In this document: positions 26,094 to 37,885 of the stretch, one piece after another | How positions within the stretch are numbered: position 1 is the first letter of the stretch | How the letters are laid out: every line of letters begins with the position of its first letter | DNA from: Pseudogymnoascus verrucosus | Lineage: Eukaryota | Strand: one strand, 5' to 3' | Length of the DNA stretch: 64,000 nt | Assembly (NCBI GenBank): GCA_001662655.1 | Contig: KV460239.1 | Position numbers and translations under genes: made by a program | Notes under the pieces: generated by a model | Told to the model about the DNA's origin: nothing | What the model saw: the letters and a program-made list of their open reading frames with translations, nothing else | Database searches by the model: none

Positions 26094-27143
26094 TTACAAG
26101 TGGATATAGTCAAAGGTGCTAGCCGGCACCGTGCGCGTGCTGTACCCCTCCACATTCACATAGTTGTACTCCTCAATAGTGACCATATCGCCCTGGACAG
26201 CCGCAACCCACGCAACATGTCCCGCTCCCCCACCGCCGGCATTAGTATGCGCAATAGCTCCCGGTACCGGCTTGTTATCAACCAAGACGCCGGTCTGGCG
26301 AGCAGCCTCGTCCCAGGACTCGGCGTCACCCCATGCAGCGCCCTTGTACTTGTTGTGGAAGTTGAGACCGAGGCGGTCGTTGATGCGCCACGCGACGAAG
26401 CTGGTGCACTGGCACGCGTAGTAGTACCAGCGGTCGACGTCGCCGCAGGTGCTGGCGCCGTAGGGGTAGTCGTTCTTGATTTCGCCGGCGTCGCCGTGGT
26501 CTGGTGGGGTGGGTGCTTCGGGGAGGGAGGCGGCGTCGCACTTGGGCTTGACGTACGTGATGGAGCCGGTCTTGACATAGAAGTCGGAGACGAAGCAGCC
26601 GTCAGACGTCAAATCCCAGATCTCGTTGCCGTTGATTTTGGTGCCAGGCGTTTGGCAGGTGATGCTCACGATGCTGCCCTTGGCGAAGGTCTTCTTGATG
26701 GGGAAATCTGTGCCGGGACCAGAGCGGCAGTTGACGGTGTTTCCAGTGATGGGATAGGGGCCATCAGGGTTGCCGCTTGGGACGGGGACGTCGGTGGGGC
26801 CAGCCTCGGTGGGAGAGGCGTCTGTGGGAGAGACATCCGTGGGAGCAGCCTCGGTGGGGGAGGCATCATCTGCGGAGGAGGTGGCTGTAGGAGCAGCGTC
26901 CGTGGGCGAGACATCCGTGGTGGGGACGCCCGTGGGAGCAACGTCCGTGGGGGAGACGTCAGTGGCGGTTGGGAGAGAGCCGTCGGTGGCGACGCAGGTG
27001 TTGATTGTGACATAGACGGTGCTGCGGGTTGAGGTGGGCACAGGGGTGTCACAGGTGACGACTGTGACATAGACAGTGCTGCGGGCCAGGACAGACGTGG
27101 AGAGGATGGCCGCCGAGGCGGCGGCGATGTTGGTGAGCTTCAT
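26094..27143 (-). CDS. Secreted SH3-like cell-wall-binding + CHAP domain peptidoglycan hydrolase, intronless
   Basis: Signal peptide MKLTNIAAASAAILSTSVLA; Thr/Pro linker; SH3-like VNCRSGPGT..VSITCQTPG..WDLTSDGCFVSDFYVKTG; CHAP motifs QCTSFVAWR, WGDAESW, PVPGAIA, GHVAWV, IEEYNY. Confidence 0.9.
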   Translation of the reverse strand: MKLTNIAAASAAILSTSVLARSTVYVTVVTCDTPVPTSTRSTVYVTINTCVATDGSLPTATDVSPTDVAPTGVPTTDVSPTDAAPTATSSADDASPTEAAPTDVSPTDASPTEAGPTDVPVPSGNPDGPYPITGNTVNCRSGPGTDFPIKKTFAKGSIVSITCQTPGTKINGNEIWDLTSDGCFVSDFYVKTGSITYVKPKCDAASLPEAPTPPDHGDAGEIKNDYPYGASTCGDVDRWYYYACQCTSFVAWRINDRLGLNFHNKYKGAAWGDAESWDEAARQTGVLVDNKPVPGAIAHTNAGGGGAGHVAWVAAVQGDMVTIEEYNYVNVEGYSTRTVPASTFDYIHL

Positions 27144-28196
27144 CACGAGCGACAACGAAGGAGTGTGTGCTATAAAACAAAAACAAACACAATAAACGAG
27201 CGTGGTGACTATGCGAGCTAGTCAGCGAAATGAGGGTGGTGGTGGAGTGAGAAGCTAGAAGGGGGCGGGACGGGTGTCTATATACATCACATGAAGCGGA
27301 GATTCCTCCGGCGGTCTTCATTTCTTACTTTTTTCATTCTAGGCCGTATTCATACACCAATTCGGCCTTGCACTAACCGGGTACCTTGCAGATTTAAGGG
27401 GCCATCTGGGGCGGTTGACTGGAGGGGAATAGCGCAAGGCGAAGCTGTAGGGCTGGTTTAATGTCGGTTCAGCGTTATGGCGCTGTCAGGTCCTGTCAGA
27501 CGGACGAACCTAATGCCCATCTCACCGTCAGTCGGAGCTGCGCCCGGGTCGGGGCGTCGCTTAGAGTCCTGACAGTGGTTAAAAGGGTAAAAAGTGGCAC
27601 TTCGCTTGGAAGGGTTGGCGTTGTGCCCCTGAGCTAGCGTGGGCTAGTGCGTGGTGGGGGCGGCGTGGTGTATGGGATGGCGTCGACTCACGCAAGATTG
27701 GACTACACCGCGCCGTTTGAGGACATTCTGGAGTGTTGCGATGGTGTCATTGAAATGGGTTGAATTGGAGTCGTGCTTGCCTTAGTGTTGTAGAAGTAAG
27801 GAGAAATGTGTAAAAATGAGCGTTGTGGAAAGAGCGTATTGAGGCAGGATGAGTTCTCATGCGCCAGTGCCGTGACCGATGTATTGCGTGAACAGCTGAA
27901 TTTTGTGGGGTCGGCAGGGGCGATGGGGCTTGGATCTTCTTGGGTCTGCCTGGGTGCGGGGATGAGCATGCTTCAGAAGGTTATGAGAGGTTCTGGGATG
28001 TGAAAGGGATAGGGGATTTACTGTGAGGGGGTGGAGGCGTGGGGGCGCCTGAGAGCGATGGGGGATGAGTGGCGGAGGGAAGGAAGAGATTTATAGATTT
28101 ATAGCCACATATAATTCCATAAATAGCACACAGTGATGTATTATTTGAACTAAAGTACATTATCCAGTCTCTGCCATTGTTTTGCTACTACTGTCG

Positions 28197-29455
28197 TTAC
28201 TCTCTGCCATCGCTCGTTTCCTCCTCTGAGTCTGAATCGTCACCCCATTCATCATCATCAGTTTCATCATCGTCAGATTCATCATCGTCAGATTCATCAC
28301 CGTCAGATTTATCACTGTATTCTTCTCTATATCCGGTTACTTCGGCATAATCGTCCTGCATCTTATAGTATAATGCCATAGCGAGGTCATTCTCCTCTTC
28401 GGCGCTGCGCTGTGGACTGCCATCTGCAACAGTAAACGTTGACTCGTAAAAACATTCGGGCAAGCCTTGGTCCGAAAACCGCCTTGCTAGTGCAATCAGC
28501 ATCGATTTTCGGAGATATGGACCTGGTAGTCCCCAGTGGTACCCTCGTGCTTTCGCGTCATCGAACCATTCAACGTTTCCGAGCCTCTGCTGTTGCAAGT
28601 ATGTCATCACATATCGCAGATATAAGTATCGGCGGGCCGGGCGATTTGAGTTGAGGAATTCCAGTGGCCTTCCATCGATATCCTAGAGTCGTTTTCAGCT
28701 CATCACATAGTGAAGTAGGGCTACGAATATACAAACGTACCTTCCACGTTGACCTACAATAAAGTAAATTAGAAGTCATTGATTTCTGTACTACTATGCA
28801 TCGCCAAATGGCCTCCCCTCCATATCTTGGCTTATCGGGCACTATGACAATCCACCCCTTCTCAAGGGCCTCGTGCGTAGATGTCTCAAGTGTAATTCCT
28901 TCGCATACGAATTAACAACATACTTGATAGGAGCGTAAGAAAGGTAAACATACCATTTCGAGGCTCAGATAAATCAACTTCACGAACGCCAAAGAGATAT
29001 GCAAGCTCATCCGACTCGAGTGACTTTGGAACAATATGCACGCATTTGGCACACATTCCATGTAGCCATTGAGCATTTAAATGGCAGTATTTTTCAACGA
29101 CGTTTCCAGACGGGCCAGGCTTTACAGACTTGTAGTATGATAGTACACCGTCCGCGTATAGTCTCTGCTCGGGTGCATTTTTCCACTTTATGGAAGCAGA
29201 TATGACTTTCGTGAGTAGAGCTGAGGAGTAGGCGCCTTCGACCGTGGGGTATCGTTGCAAGGCCTCGTCGACATCATCTGCCATTGCTTTCTTCTGGCGC
29301 TTAAGGATTACGAGCTCTCGTTCCTTCTTTCCGAACGTTGACTTTGATCCCTTAGCAGTATCATGGTTGCCACCAGTCAGTTCCGCTGATATCTTTCGGA
29401 TTTTAGATTCAATAAACTCGCTCCCAAGGCTTATGTCGTGACGGAAAAGACCCAT
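28197..29455 (-). CDS. Fungal HNH endonuclease (HNH_2-like) domain protein with acidic tail
   Basis: Spliced: ..YCHLNAQW..KCVHIVPKSL..LAYLFG..SEPRN|GITLETSTHEALEKGWIVIVP..STWK|DIDGRPLEFLNSNRPARRYLYLRY..WGLPGPYLRKSML; two GT-AG introns; start uncertain. Confidence 0.75.
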
Positions 29456-30286
29456 GTCGTTGCGTAAATAGAACAGTTTCTAACGAGATGGTAAGAGAGG
29501 CTTGATAAAATAACGTTAACGAGGAAAGAGAAAATAAATGGGAGATCAAACCATGATTTTATATTCTGAGTTCTGTACTAATCGTAGTGTGGCTAGCTAA
29601 ACTTTAACCTTAATTAGTACCAGCGCGGACCATGAGTAAAAAATAACATCGTACGCACTATATGAGTCACATTGAAGCACCATTACTACGAAGCTATCAG
29701 TCGTTAATGCTGAAAATGTTTCACTATGGAGTGGAAAGAATGTCAGGTAAGAACGGCTGACATCGATTCCAAGCGATGCATGAGAGCCAGAACCGCTGTG
29801 GTGGAGCATATGGAGACAAGAGCGTATTATCCGCAAGGCATATCACAGATGTCAAACAATTAAAAAAATGCAATACGCCATTCAAGTTGAGTTAGATTAC
29901 ATGCGAGCTTGAACAGACATACTGTACCGCCTAAAGTCTGACGAAAGATAGCCTTACTAGAGGATCGATACGAGTTATTTATGATAATGTGACTTATCCT
30001 TTTCTCTCTCTGTATGAGTGACTGGCCTATTAGTTGCAGTTCTGAGTGAATGAATACCTTTATTTCAATTATAGTTGCTATAATCGCTATTGTTTTGCAC
30101 AGTCTTCGAACTTTTAGGCGTGGCGAGTATTTCTTGAAATATCCCAAAACACACATCACATAGTTGGCTCATCACCACATCATAGAAGTCAAACAATTGG
30201 AAATGGCAACAAGTCATTCAAGCTGAATACAGTAAGTACTACATACAGTGTCCAAATACGTTCATCCAAACCCGCTCCGCAGCTAT

Positions 30287-31357
30287 CTAACCGCGGAAGG
30301 CAACCTGCCTCCTCTCAACAGCGAAGTTGGAGGCCTTGGCGGACTCAGCCTCGTTGAAGTGGAGGTTCTTGTACTGGGTGACCTTGCTGGTGTGCTCGAA
30401 TGGCAGCTCCTTGACACCGGGCTGGCCAGCGACCAAGTTAGGGGTCGGCTTGGCGCCAACGGCGCGCTTGCCGTTGCCGGTGGCGGGACCCATGCTGACG
30501 ATGGCAGCGTCGGCCCAGCGGAAGTTGCAGGTGCCACCGGGGATCATAGCATCACCCTGGAGCTGGTTGACGGCGTTCTTTTGCCTCTCCAGGCAGCGCC
30601 AGTTGCCGATTGGGTCGAGGCCGCCGGGGTTGACGATCTCGTAGAGAGCGAGAACGCTGACTTGGGTGTAGTCCTCGGCGTTGCCTGATTGGTTAGTATG
30701 TCATATTTCGTAAGTGGTAGATAAACGTACTGGAGTTGGAGTAGTCATCGGGAACGCAGGAGTCGGCGTTGATGGCATCCTTGAAGAGAGAGGTCTCGCT
30801 GGATCCGACGCTGTTGTGGTAGGCATCGACAGCGTGGCCGACCTCGTGCTGGAAGACGGATGGGGTGCCGACGGGGCCCTGGAAGACAACGATGGCGGAG
30901 GTCTCGTAGGCAGAGCCACCACCTGGAACAGCAATTACGTTGGTGATGTACTGACGCTCGTGGATGGGCAGGCGGCCGAACAGGTCAATCATGTCGATTA
31001 TGCTGGAGACGGTCAGTGTGGTTCATATCTCCAAGTGGAGGGGACTCACCCAAGGTTGGCAGCGTTGTGACGGCAGAAGACGAACGCACTTCCGCAGTCG
31101 GTGTAGTGAACGTTGTAGATCTCCATGTCGTATGGGCTGACATTGTTGTCGTTGGCGTGGTTGAGGCACGTCTGTGGGATCCATCCCCATCCCCACCTGT
31201 CCCAGGTGCTCTGGGTTGGGGTAAGGTGCTCCCAGAAGACAGAGTCGACATGGGGAGACAGACCATCGCTGAAGAGCGTTGGCTTTCCGAGGCCAGCGAG
31301 GGCGGGGGCGCTGAAGAGGACAGCTGCGGCCGCAGCCTTCATGAGGGAGGAAGCCAT
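30287..31357 (-). CDS. Secreted conidiation-specific protein 13 (con-13)-like protein with HExxH motif
   Basis: Signal peptide; WGWGWIPQTC..YNVHYTDCGSAFVFCRH, LFGRLP, VFQHEVGHAVD, DSCVPDDYS; three exons. Confidence 0.75.
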
Positions 31358-33522
31358 AATGATGGATTGACGTTTGTTTGAACGGAGTTGACTGAGACTG
31401 ATAAGAATGCAGCTGCTCTGGCAAAGAAGCAGATCTTCATGGCGATCACCATGCCTTTATACTTCGAGCAGGCTGATGTTCGGGCCGTGAGGACAATCAC
31501 TTTGACATGCTATAAGCACCGTTCAAGGAATACCGTAAATTTAGCAACCACTCCCGTTGAGGCGTCCCCACAAAGAACATCTCCACAGTAAGCTTAATGA
31601 GAGCTACGTGCGGATTTGCGGCTTCTCCATTCGCCGATCCCCCTTTTCAAAGGATCTGGTGCTGTCAACGGGGTAGCACTCTCTTTTGGAAGCCTTGGTA
31701 AGGAAGCTTGGCGCGGCAGAGGCGCGGATCGCACGGCTTCAGTTGGTGGCTGACGCCTGGCGCTCACCCTTAAAAGGCCAAGTCGGAGGCATGAAACCCT
31801 GTATACCCCTGGCTTAGTAGATTGGGCTCGGACGGTCACAAATGTCCTCTGCGCGTAATCGTGGGCAAAACAAGGCCCATCGCAGCACTTTCTTCTCACG
31901 ATGCCTCACAACAACTCTCGGCGAATTACCGTGCCAAACCACGCCGTCTCTCACTACCGAACGCCAACATCCCCTAAATGGCATCTCATCCCAAATCCAG
32001 GAACCTGTCGGACCGATCTCCCCACGCCAAGCGTCTCCATGAATTGACCGTGACTATCTCCACACTCATCGCCCGCCGTCAGGGCATGCATCATCTTAGA
32101 AGGCCCGAGGATGTGACCCAGCCACTTTCCTATTCTATATAAACCTCGAGCTAAGGATCCTTCGTCAAGTCTTAGCGGCGGTTTTGCCCGTGGAGGAGCG
32201 CTAAGGTGTTATTAAGCGCATTTGCAGGCTTTCCGGCCAAGACATGCATGGTCTAGATGGACTCAAATTGCCTTTTATGCGCGATGGATTGTTCTGTAGT
32301 ATCGTGGCAAGAGGGAAGATAGTGTTCATCCTGTATTTCGTCCTGCTCCTACGTCGTTCTATCGCTGTTTCTGGGAGTATTGATGGTGGACAGTCGACTA
32401 ATCAATTGAGCACGCGTCCGGAACCCCTGCGTGGGTGGGTTGAAACATCACAAGGCATACGAGCGTACGTGAGACGCAGCAGACCGTATTGGTGGAGATA
32501 ATGCAGGCATAGTCAACTCTTCTCAAGACGATGTAATCCAGTCGCGTCTAAGCTGAGTTTTTGACGTAAGGATCAATAAACACGCCTGATCGAGTATCCT
32601 CCTTGCAAAAGTGATTGTAATATCATCATGGGCTTGTTTCATGGGGAAAGTGCATTTCCTCATTCCATTGTTGATGGTCTATTTTTGGTCCAGTCTTCCC
32701 TTCCCACCTTGAATTTACAGATGAAACTCGTCTAATTTAAGCATGTTCTTTGACGTATGCATGTCTTGGCGGGACGGACAACGGAATGCCGCTGGTCCCT
32801 TGATACTCAGGAACAACATCAAAAGCACATAATATAGCCTCCCTTCCCTAATAAGTGTAACGTTACGATTCCTGCCGGCGGAAACCCGGCAGACGAAATA
32901 AGAAAGCGCGTAGGTAGGCTGCGGATCCCGGCAACCAACCAAGCAAGCACTGCCAAGGTCAGATTATCCCCGCCGTCAGCATTGGGTCAGCCGCACGCTG
33001 ACGCTGACGAGGATCCGGACATATCGGCATCTTCCTTTAATAGTGCAGCGGTAATATAGGTATTAGCAAATTAGTCGCTGACTTAACGGCCCCTTGCTTG
33101 ACAGTATGTTAGTGTATGAAGTCCAGAAAGCTATTCATAAATATTCCACGGTGGGCTGGATGTTAAGAAGATGCGTGATATATTCCGTACCCTCAAAGTA
33201 GCTTGGGTATATATAAGATTATCCCACAAAATGCACGGTTTTGACTCCTTCTCTCATCCAACGGTTTTTGGTCGGAAGTTACAAAAGATTGGGGTCGTGA
33301 GGGCACACTTATTCATTCATGGCTTTAACCCCGAATTAAAGCTGTATCAATGGGATATTTATTGTATTAATAGTACTTTATATGGTAGTACTATCTTTAA
33401 TAATTTTCTCACTTTATATTTGCTACTGTCAATTTATTTTGATGTTGATAAAATCATATTTCCTATCAAATGAGAGACTACCATGGTATATTATTGCCAC
33501 AGACACCATACTGATATTTAAT

Positions 33523-33600
33523 AATAATTATTTTCTACTCGATATTCCTGTACACTAAATAATTATTTTCTACTCGATATTCCTGTACACTAAATAATTA
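33523..33600. repeat. 35-bp perfect tandem duplication in an AT-rich tract
   Basis: aataattattttctactcgatattcctgtacacta x2 plus a partial third copy. Confidence 0.95.
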
Positions 33601-33857
33601 TATTCTTCTAAAACTTGATTAATATAACCCTGACTCCATTGAGCTTGCTGAAGAAAATGCTGTTCACGATCGTACATGCGAGCAAAATATCACAAGCATA
33701 AAGTACTTAATTTAATGGGCGATGTACAAAATAAAATAGCAGAAATCATATTATTCAGAGTCCGGTATACTTTTGAAGAGATCGAGATATTTTGGTCGTG
33801 TCGGGCTGTAAGTGGTTTTCTCCGCTGTGCCTAGGGTCCATCGTTAGCGCGATCCCA

Positions 33858-34087
33858 AAAGTCGCGTCGTCACGTCTGTCAACGCCAGTTACGCGACTTT
33901 GATACATGGACAAGTGCACTTCATACATATCACAAATAATCACACCTACGACTTCTCCAGCACGCCAGTATACAACTATACACATCCTGTACATCTTACT
34001 CACTAAACAAACTTGACAATTTGCTTGCAAATGTCTCCCATCGATCTCTAGACGCGACCAAATTCTCTGAGAAATCCGCCCCGCGTC
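33858..34087. promoter_or_regulatory. MCB-like (ACGCG core) elements upstream of CDC45
   Basis: AAAGTCGCGT 33858-33867 and its exact inverse ACGCGACTTT 33891-33900; GACGCGAC at 34051; CCGCGTC at 34081. Confidence 0.5.
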
Positions 34088-34213
34088 TTTGCACGCCTCG
34101 TTCTGGAAGATACATTGACAGCCTCGCAACGCTCCAGACGCCTGAGTCTCTCAATTCTTGGCTTCTGCTCCCAAGGGCAGAGGTCCTGCGACACTTGACA
34201 GCGATACGACACG

Positions 34214-36880
34214 ATGTACCTCCCACGATCGCTCCTCTCGACCCTCTACCTGCACCTCCAACGCACCCACCACCCTCTCTCCCCACCAGTCCTGATCCTC
34301 GTGGCCCTCGAGCCCGATGCCCTCTGCGGTTGCCGAATCCTCACCCATCTCCTCAAACACGACTATATCCCCCACAAGATCCAGCCGATCGCCGGCTTCA
34401 ACGACCTCGAGCGCGCCGGACGAGAGAATGTACGGCCCATGCTCGCGAGCCAGGGTGGCAGCGGCGGCGTCGTGGTGTGCCTCGGAGTTGGAGCAAGGAA
34501 TGACTTAGGCGCCATGCTGGGGATTGACGCGGAAAGTGAAGGCGAAGGCGCGTTCGGCGGCGTTGAGGTCTGGGTTGTGGACGCGCAGAGGCAATGGCAC
34601 CTGGAGAATGTGTTTGGTGGGGCGCAGAGAGACGGCGTGTTGGAGGATGGCAGCCCGGGACCCATAAAGCAGCAGCCGGGCGTGGATAATGGGAAGATCG
34701 GAAGGGGCTTCAAGCCGGGGAAGGGAGGCATTATTGTGTTTGATGATGGGGATATTGAGGAGGAGTTGGGTCCGGAAAGGGCTGCGTATTTTGCTCTTGA
34801 CGAGATGCCAGCTATCGACGAGAGAGATGACGAAGGAGACAGTGAGAGCGAGGAGGATGAGGATACCCCTATGATTGAGGCTCGGCCTGGCCAGAAGAGG
34901 AAGTCGTGGTCGGATCGTGAGGATGACGAAACGGATGAAGATGTTGACGACAGGCCACGACAGAGGAGGAGGAGCAACTCTGTAAGTTTCGCAAAATGAC
35001 TGCGGCGACGATATTCTAACATAGAACAGTCAAGCTCCATTCCCGAATCTCCGTCACGACCCCAAAGGCGAGGGCTTATGGTTGTTGATGGCCCGAATGG
35101 CGTTGCAAGAACAGACTCCCGTTCCGTATCGCCCTCACCCGCACAGCCTGCGAAGCAAGTATCGTCAAGGACACTGAGACGACGACTGATCAAATTACAA
35201 CAAAAGAATCAGATGGTCCTGGATGCATATTACAGCCTTGGTACCTCATACTCCGAACCCATCGCCTCCATGATGTACTCCCTCGCCTCCGAACTAGGCC
35301 GCGAAGACAACGACGTCCTCTGGCTCACCATCGTCGGCGTATCATCAATGGAACTCTACGGCCGCTCTGCAACTGGCGTCGCCATCTCCCTCAAAAACTC
35401 CTCCAACCGCTCAGGTTGGCGCGGCACCCGCGGCTCCCGCATCCGCCAGCTCCTCCGCGAAGAAGTGCGCCGTCTGAACCCCCCTGACCTAAACGACCGG
35501 GCCTCCTTAAACACTAGCACCGGTCTCATCCCTACTACCGCGCGCAGCCCCACGGATACCAGTATCCGACTCTCCCCTGAGCCGAAATTCCTCCTGATCC
35601 GCCACTGGAGCCTGTACGATAGCATGCTGCACTCGCCCTACCTGTCAGCCCGGCTACATGTGTGGACGGACGTCGGTCGCAAGCGCCTGCACAAGATGCT
35701 TGCCAAGATGGGCGTGAGCCTCGTGCAATGCAAACAGAGCTACACGCACATGGATATGGACCTGAAGCGTGGACTGCGCGCGAAGCTCCTGAAGTACTCA
35801 GCGATGTATGGCCTGGATGAGCTGGTGCCATCGCAAGAATCGGACGAGGTGGGTGGGGATAAGGAGGGGTGGGGGTTCGTCAGGAGTTGGGGGTGGAGGG
35901 CTACGCTTAGCGCGCAGGATGTGGGAGTTGTTGTGGGGTCGATTTTGGAGGTGGGTAAGAAGGGCGTGACTACGCTCGAGAACGGCGGCTGGGATCGCGG
36001 CCGCGAAGTCAAAGAGGTCACGGACGAAAGTGGTGAGATCGAGGCGGAAGAGTGGGTGAGCCGGTTCTGGGACGCCTACGACGCTCTTGAGAAGTAAGTC
36101 CTCTGTTAACATCCTGTCGAAGTCATACTAACGCACCGCAGCATTGAAGAACTCAAAGCCGCGCTCCCCACAGCACAGCATCTCCACCGCGCCATCCTGC
36201 GCACCGGCACATCCATCATCGAAAAGCGCCAGATTAAGCACTTGTCTAGCTTCCGATTATGCATCGTCAAAGACGGCCCGGACGTGGCGCTCTTCACCCA
36301 CCCCTCTGCGCTAACGAAACTCGCGCTGTGGCTGGGCGAGGCGTTCGCCGAGCAGGACTTGCAGCGTACGGGCAAGCTGGGGATGGGAGGCCGAGGGACG
36401 CCGCTGGTTGTTGCGTGTTGGAACGCGGAGAGAGGGGTTTATGGGGTTGTAGGAACTGGCGGAGGAGGGGGGGAGGGCATGAGTTGGAGTGATAGAGAGG
36501 CGGCTAGAAAGAGGAAGGAAGAGAAGGCTGGGAAGGCGAAAGAGAGGGAGGCAGCCAGGAAGGTGAAGGAGACTATTCGCGAGCAGAAGAGGGAGGCAAA
36601 GCGGAAGGCGAGAGAGGAAGAGGGGGAGATCGATGAGCTGGAGACGGAGAGCGAGAGTGAGAGCGAAGAGGAGGAAGAGGATGACGAGGACGAAGAAGAC
36701 GAGAAAGAGCACGGGAAGGGCTTTGGCCGTAATAGGTTCGGGAATGCGTTTCAGGAAGTCATTGAGGAAACGAATGCACGGATCAGGGTTGATAGCTTTG
36801 AGCACTGTGTCGCTGAGGTAGCCAAGGATAGCTTGAGCGTGTTCTTGGAGGGGCTGAGCATGAAGAGCGTTGTGGGGTAG
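34214..36880 (+). CDS. CDC45: DNA replication initiation factor Cdc45
   Basis: LVALEPDALCGCRILTHLLKHDYIPHKIQPIAG, WVVDAQR, FLLIRHWSLYDSMLHSPY, GRKRLHKMLAKMGVSL, FWDAYDAL, NRFGNAF..RVDSFE; introns 34982-35029 and 36094-36141. Confidence 0.97.
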
Positions 36881-37885
36881 ATGACGGGATAGCGGGAGGG
36901 ACTGGCGATCACTGGGACGGGTTACATGGGGATCATGTTGGGATGGAATGGGGAGGCATAGGAGGCGTTTTTGGCTGGCATGCTTATTTGGTTGGGTCAT
37001 GAGCGGACTGTATGGCTTTAGCAGACTGGCGATAGCGGTCATATCAGCTAGCGGTGAATATATGATGGGTTATTGTACGTTTAGAGTGGGAAAACGTGAA
37101 TGTAATCATAGTTATCACAGCATCGGCGGCATCGGCGATATGCATTGAAGTTGTGCCGCCCTCTTATTATCCACCGACATCCTCTGAAATTCCAATCCCC
37201 AACTATGTGCTCCATGACGTGATAACCAACGACCCTTTTATAGCTTCAAATAAGAAAATAAGAAAATAAGATTATGTGTGGTCGCCACGATTTTCCTATG
37301 GGTGAGCGATTATTGTGATAATAGTCCCTGCTCTCGACCAATCAGAAAATCGCGAAATACGATTTACCAACGATTTACCAGACCCCGATTCCAGGCGAGC
37401 GAATTAAGGCGGCCCATTCGGACTCGGAACCCCGTGATCCGCCGAGACCCTTATCGTTGCTGGTAGAAGTGGATGCCCAAGCAACACCGACGACGGGAGA
37501 CGAAGATAAGGCTTGTGACTTTGTGGGGAAGGCAACTCCGCATTTATTTCTATCCACAGCTAAGAGTACACAGCCACTATTGGGTAGAGCAGGACTGTAA
37601 CGTATTATCGAGCCTCGAGGATTGTTTGTTCACTCTAGACTTTATTTCCTCCTCTACCAAAATACACTCATTGCTACTACGCACCTGCCTCTTTGTGACG
37701 AACCCCCTCATTTGGCAGACCCCGAACTTCGCAGAGATAGGATTTATGCTGCGAAGTCCACCTGTGAGAGCACGCGATACCTCGTCCTCGGCGCCCACAC
37801 TCACCTGCGTAACGTCGCACAGCACAATGGGCGCGCGCCCCCTTGCCTCATCCACGACGACGACGACACCCTCGCCCAGCGCGCC

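Noticed and set aside
24093..27032. Antisense ORFs 24093-24890 (-) and 26100-27032 (+)
   Set aside because: Shadows of the codon-biased OXP1 and CHAP genes
37622..37885. 88-codon in-frame extension upstream of the uaY ATG
   Set aside because: Starts at a non-ATG codon with no recognisable homology; treated as 5' UTR, though a near-cognate extension cannot be excluded
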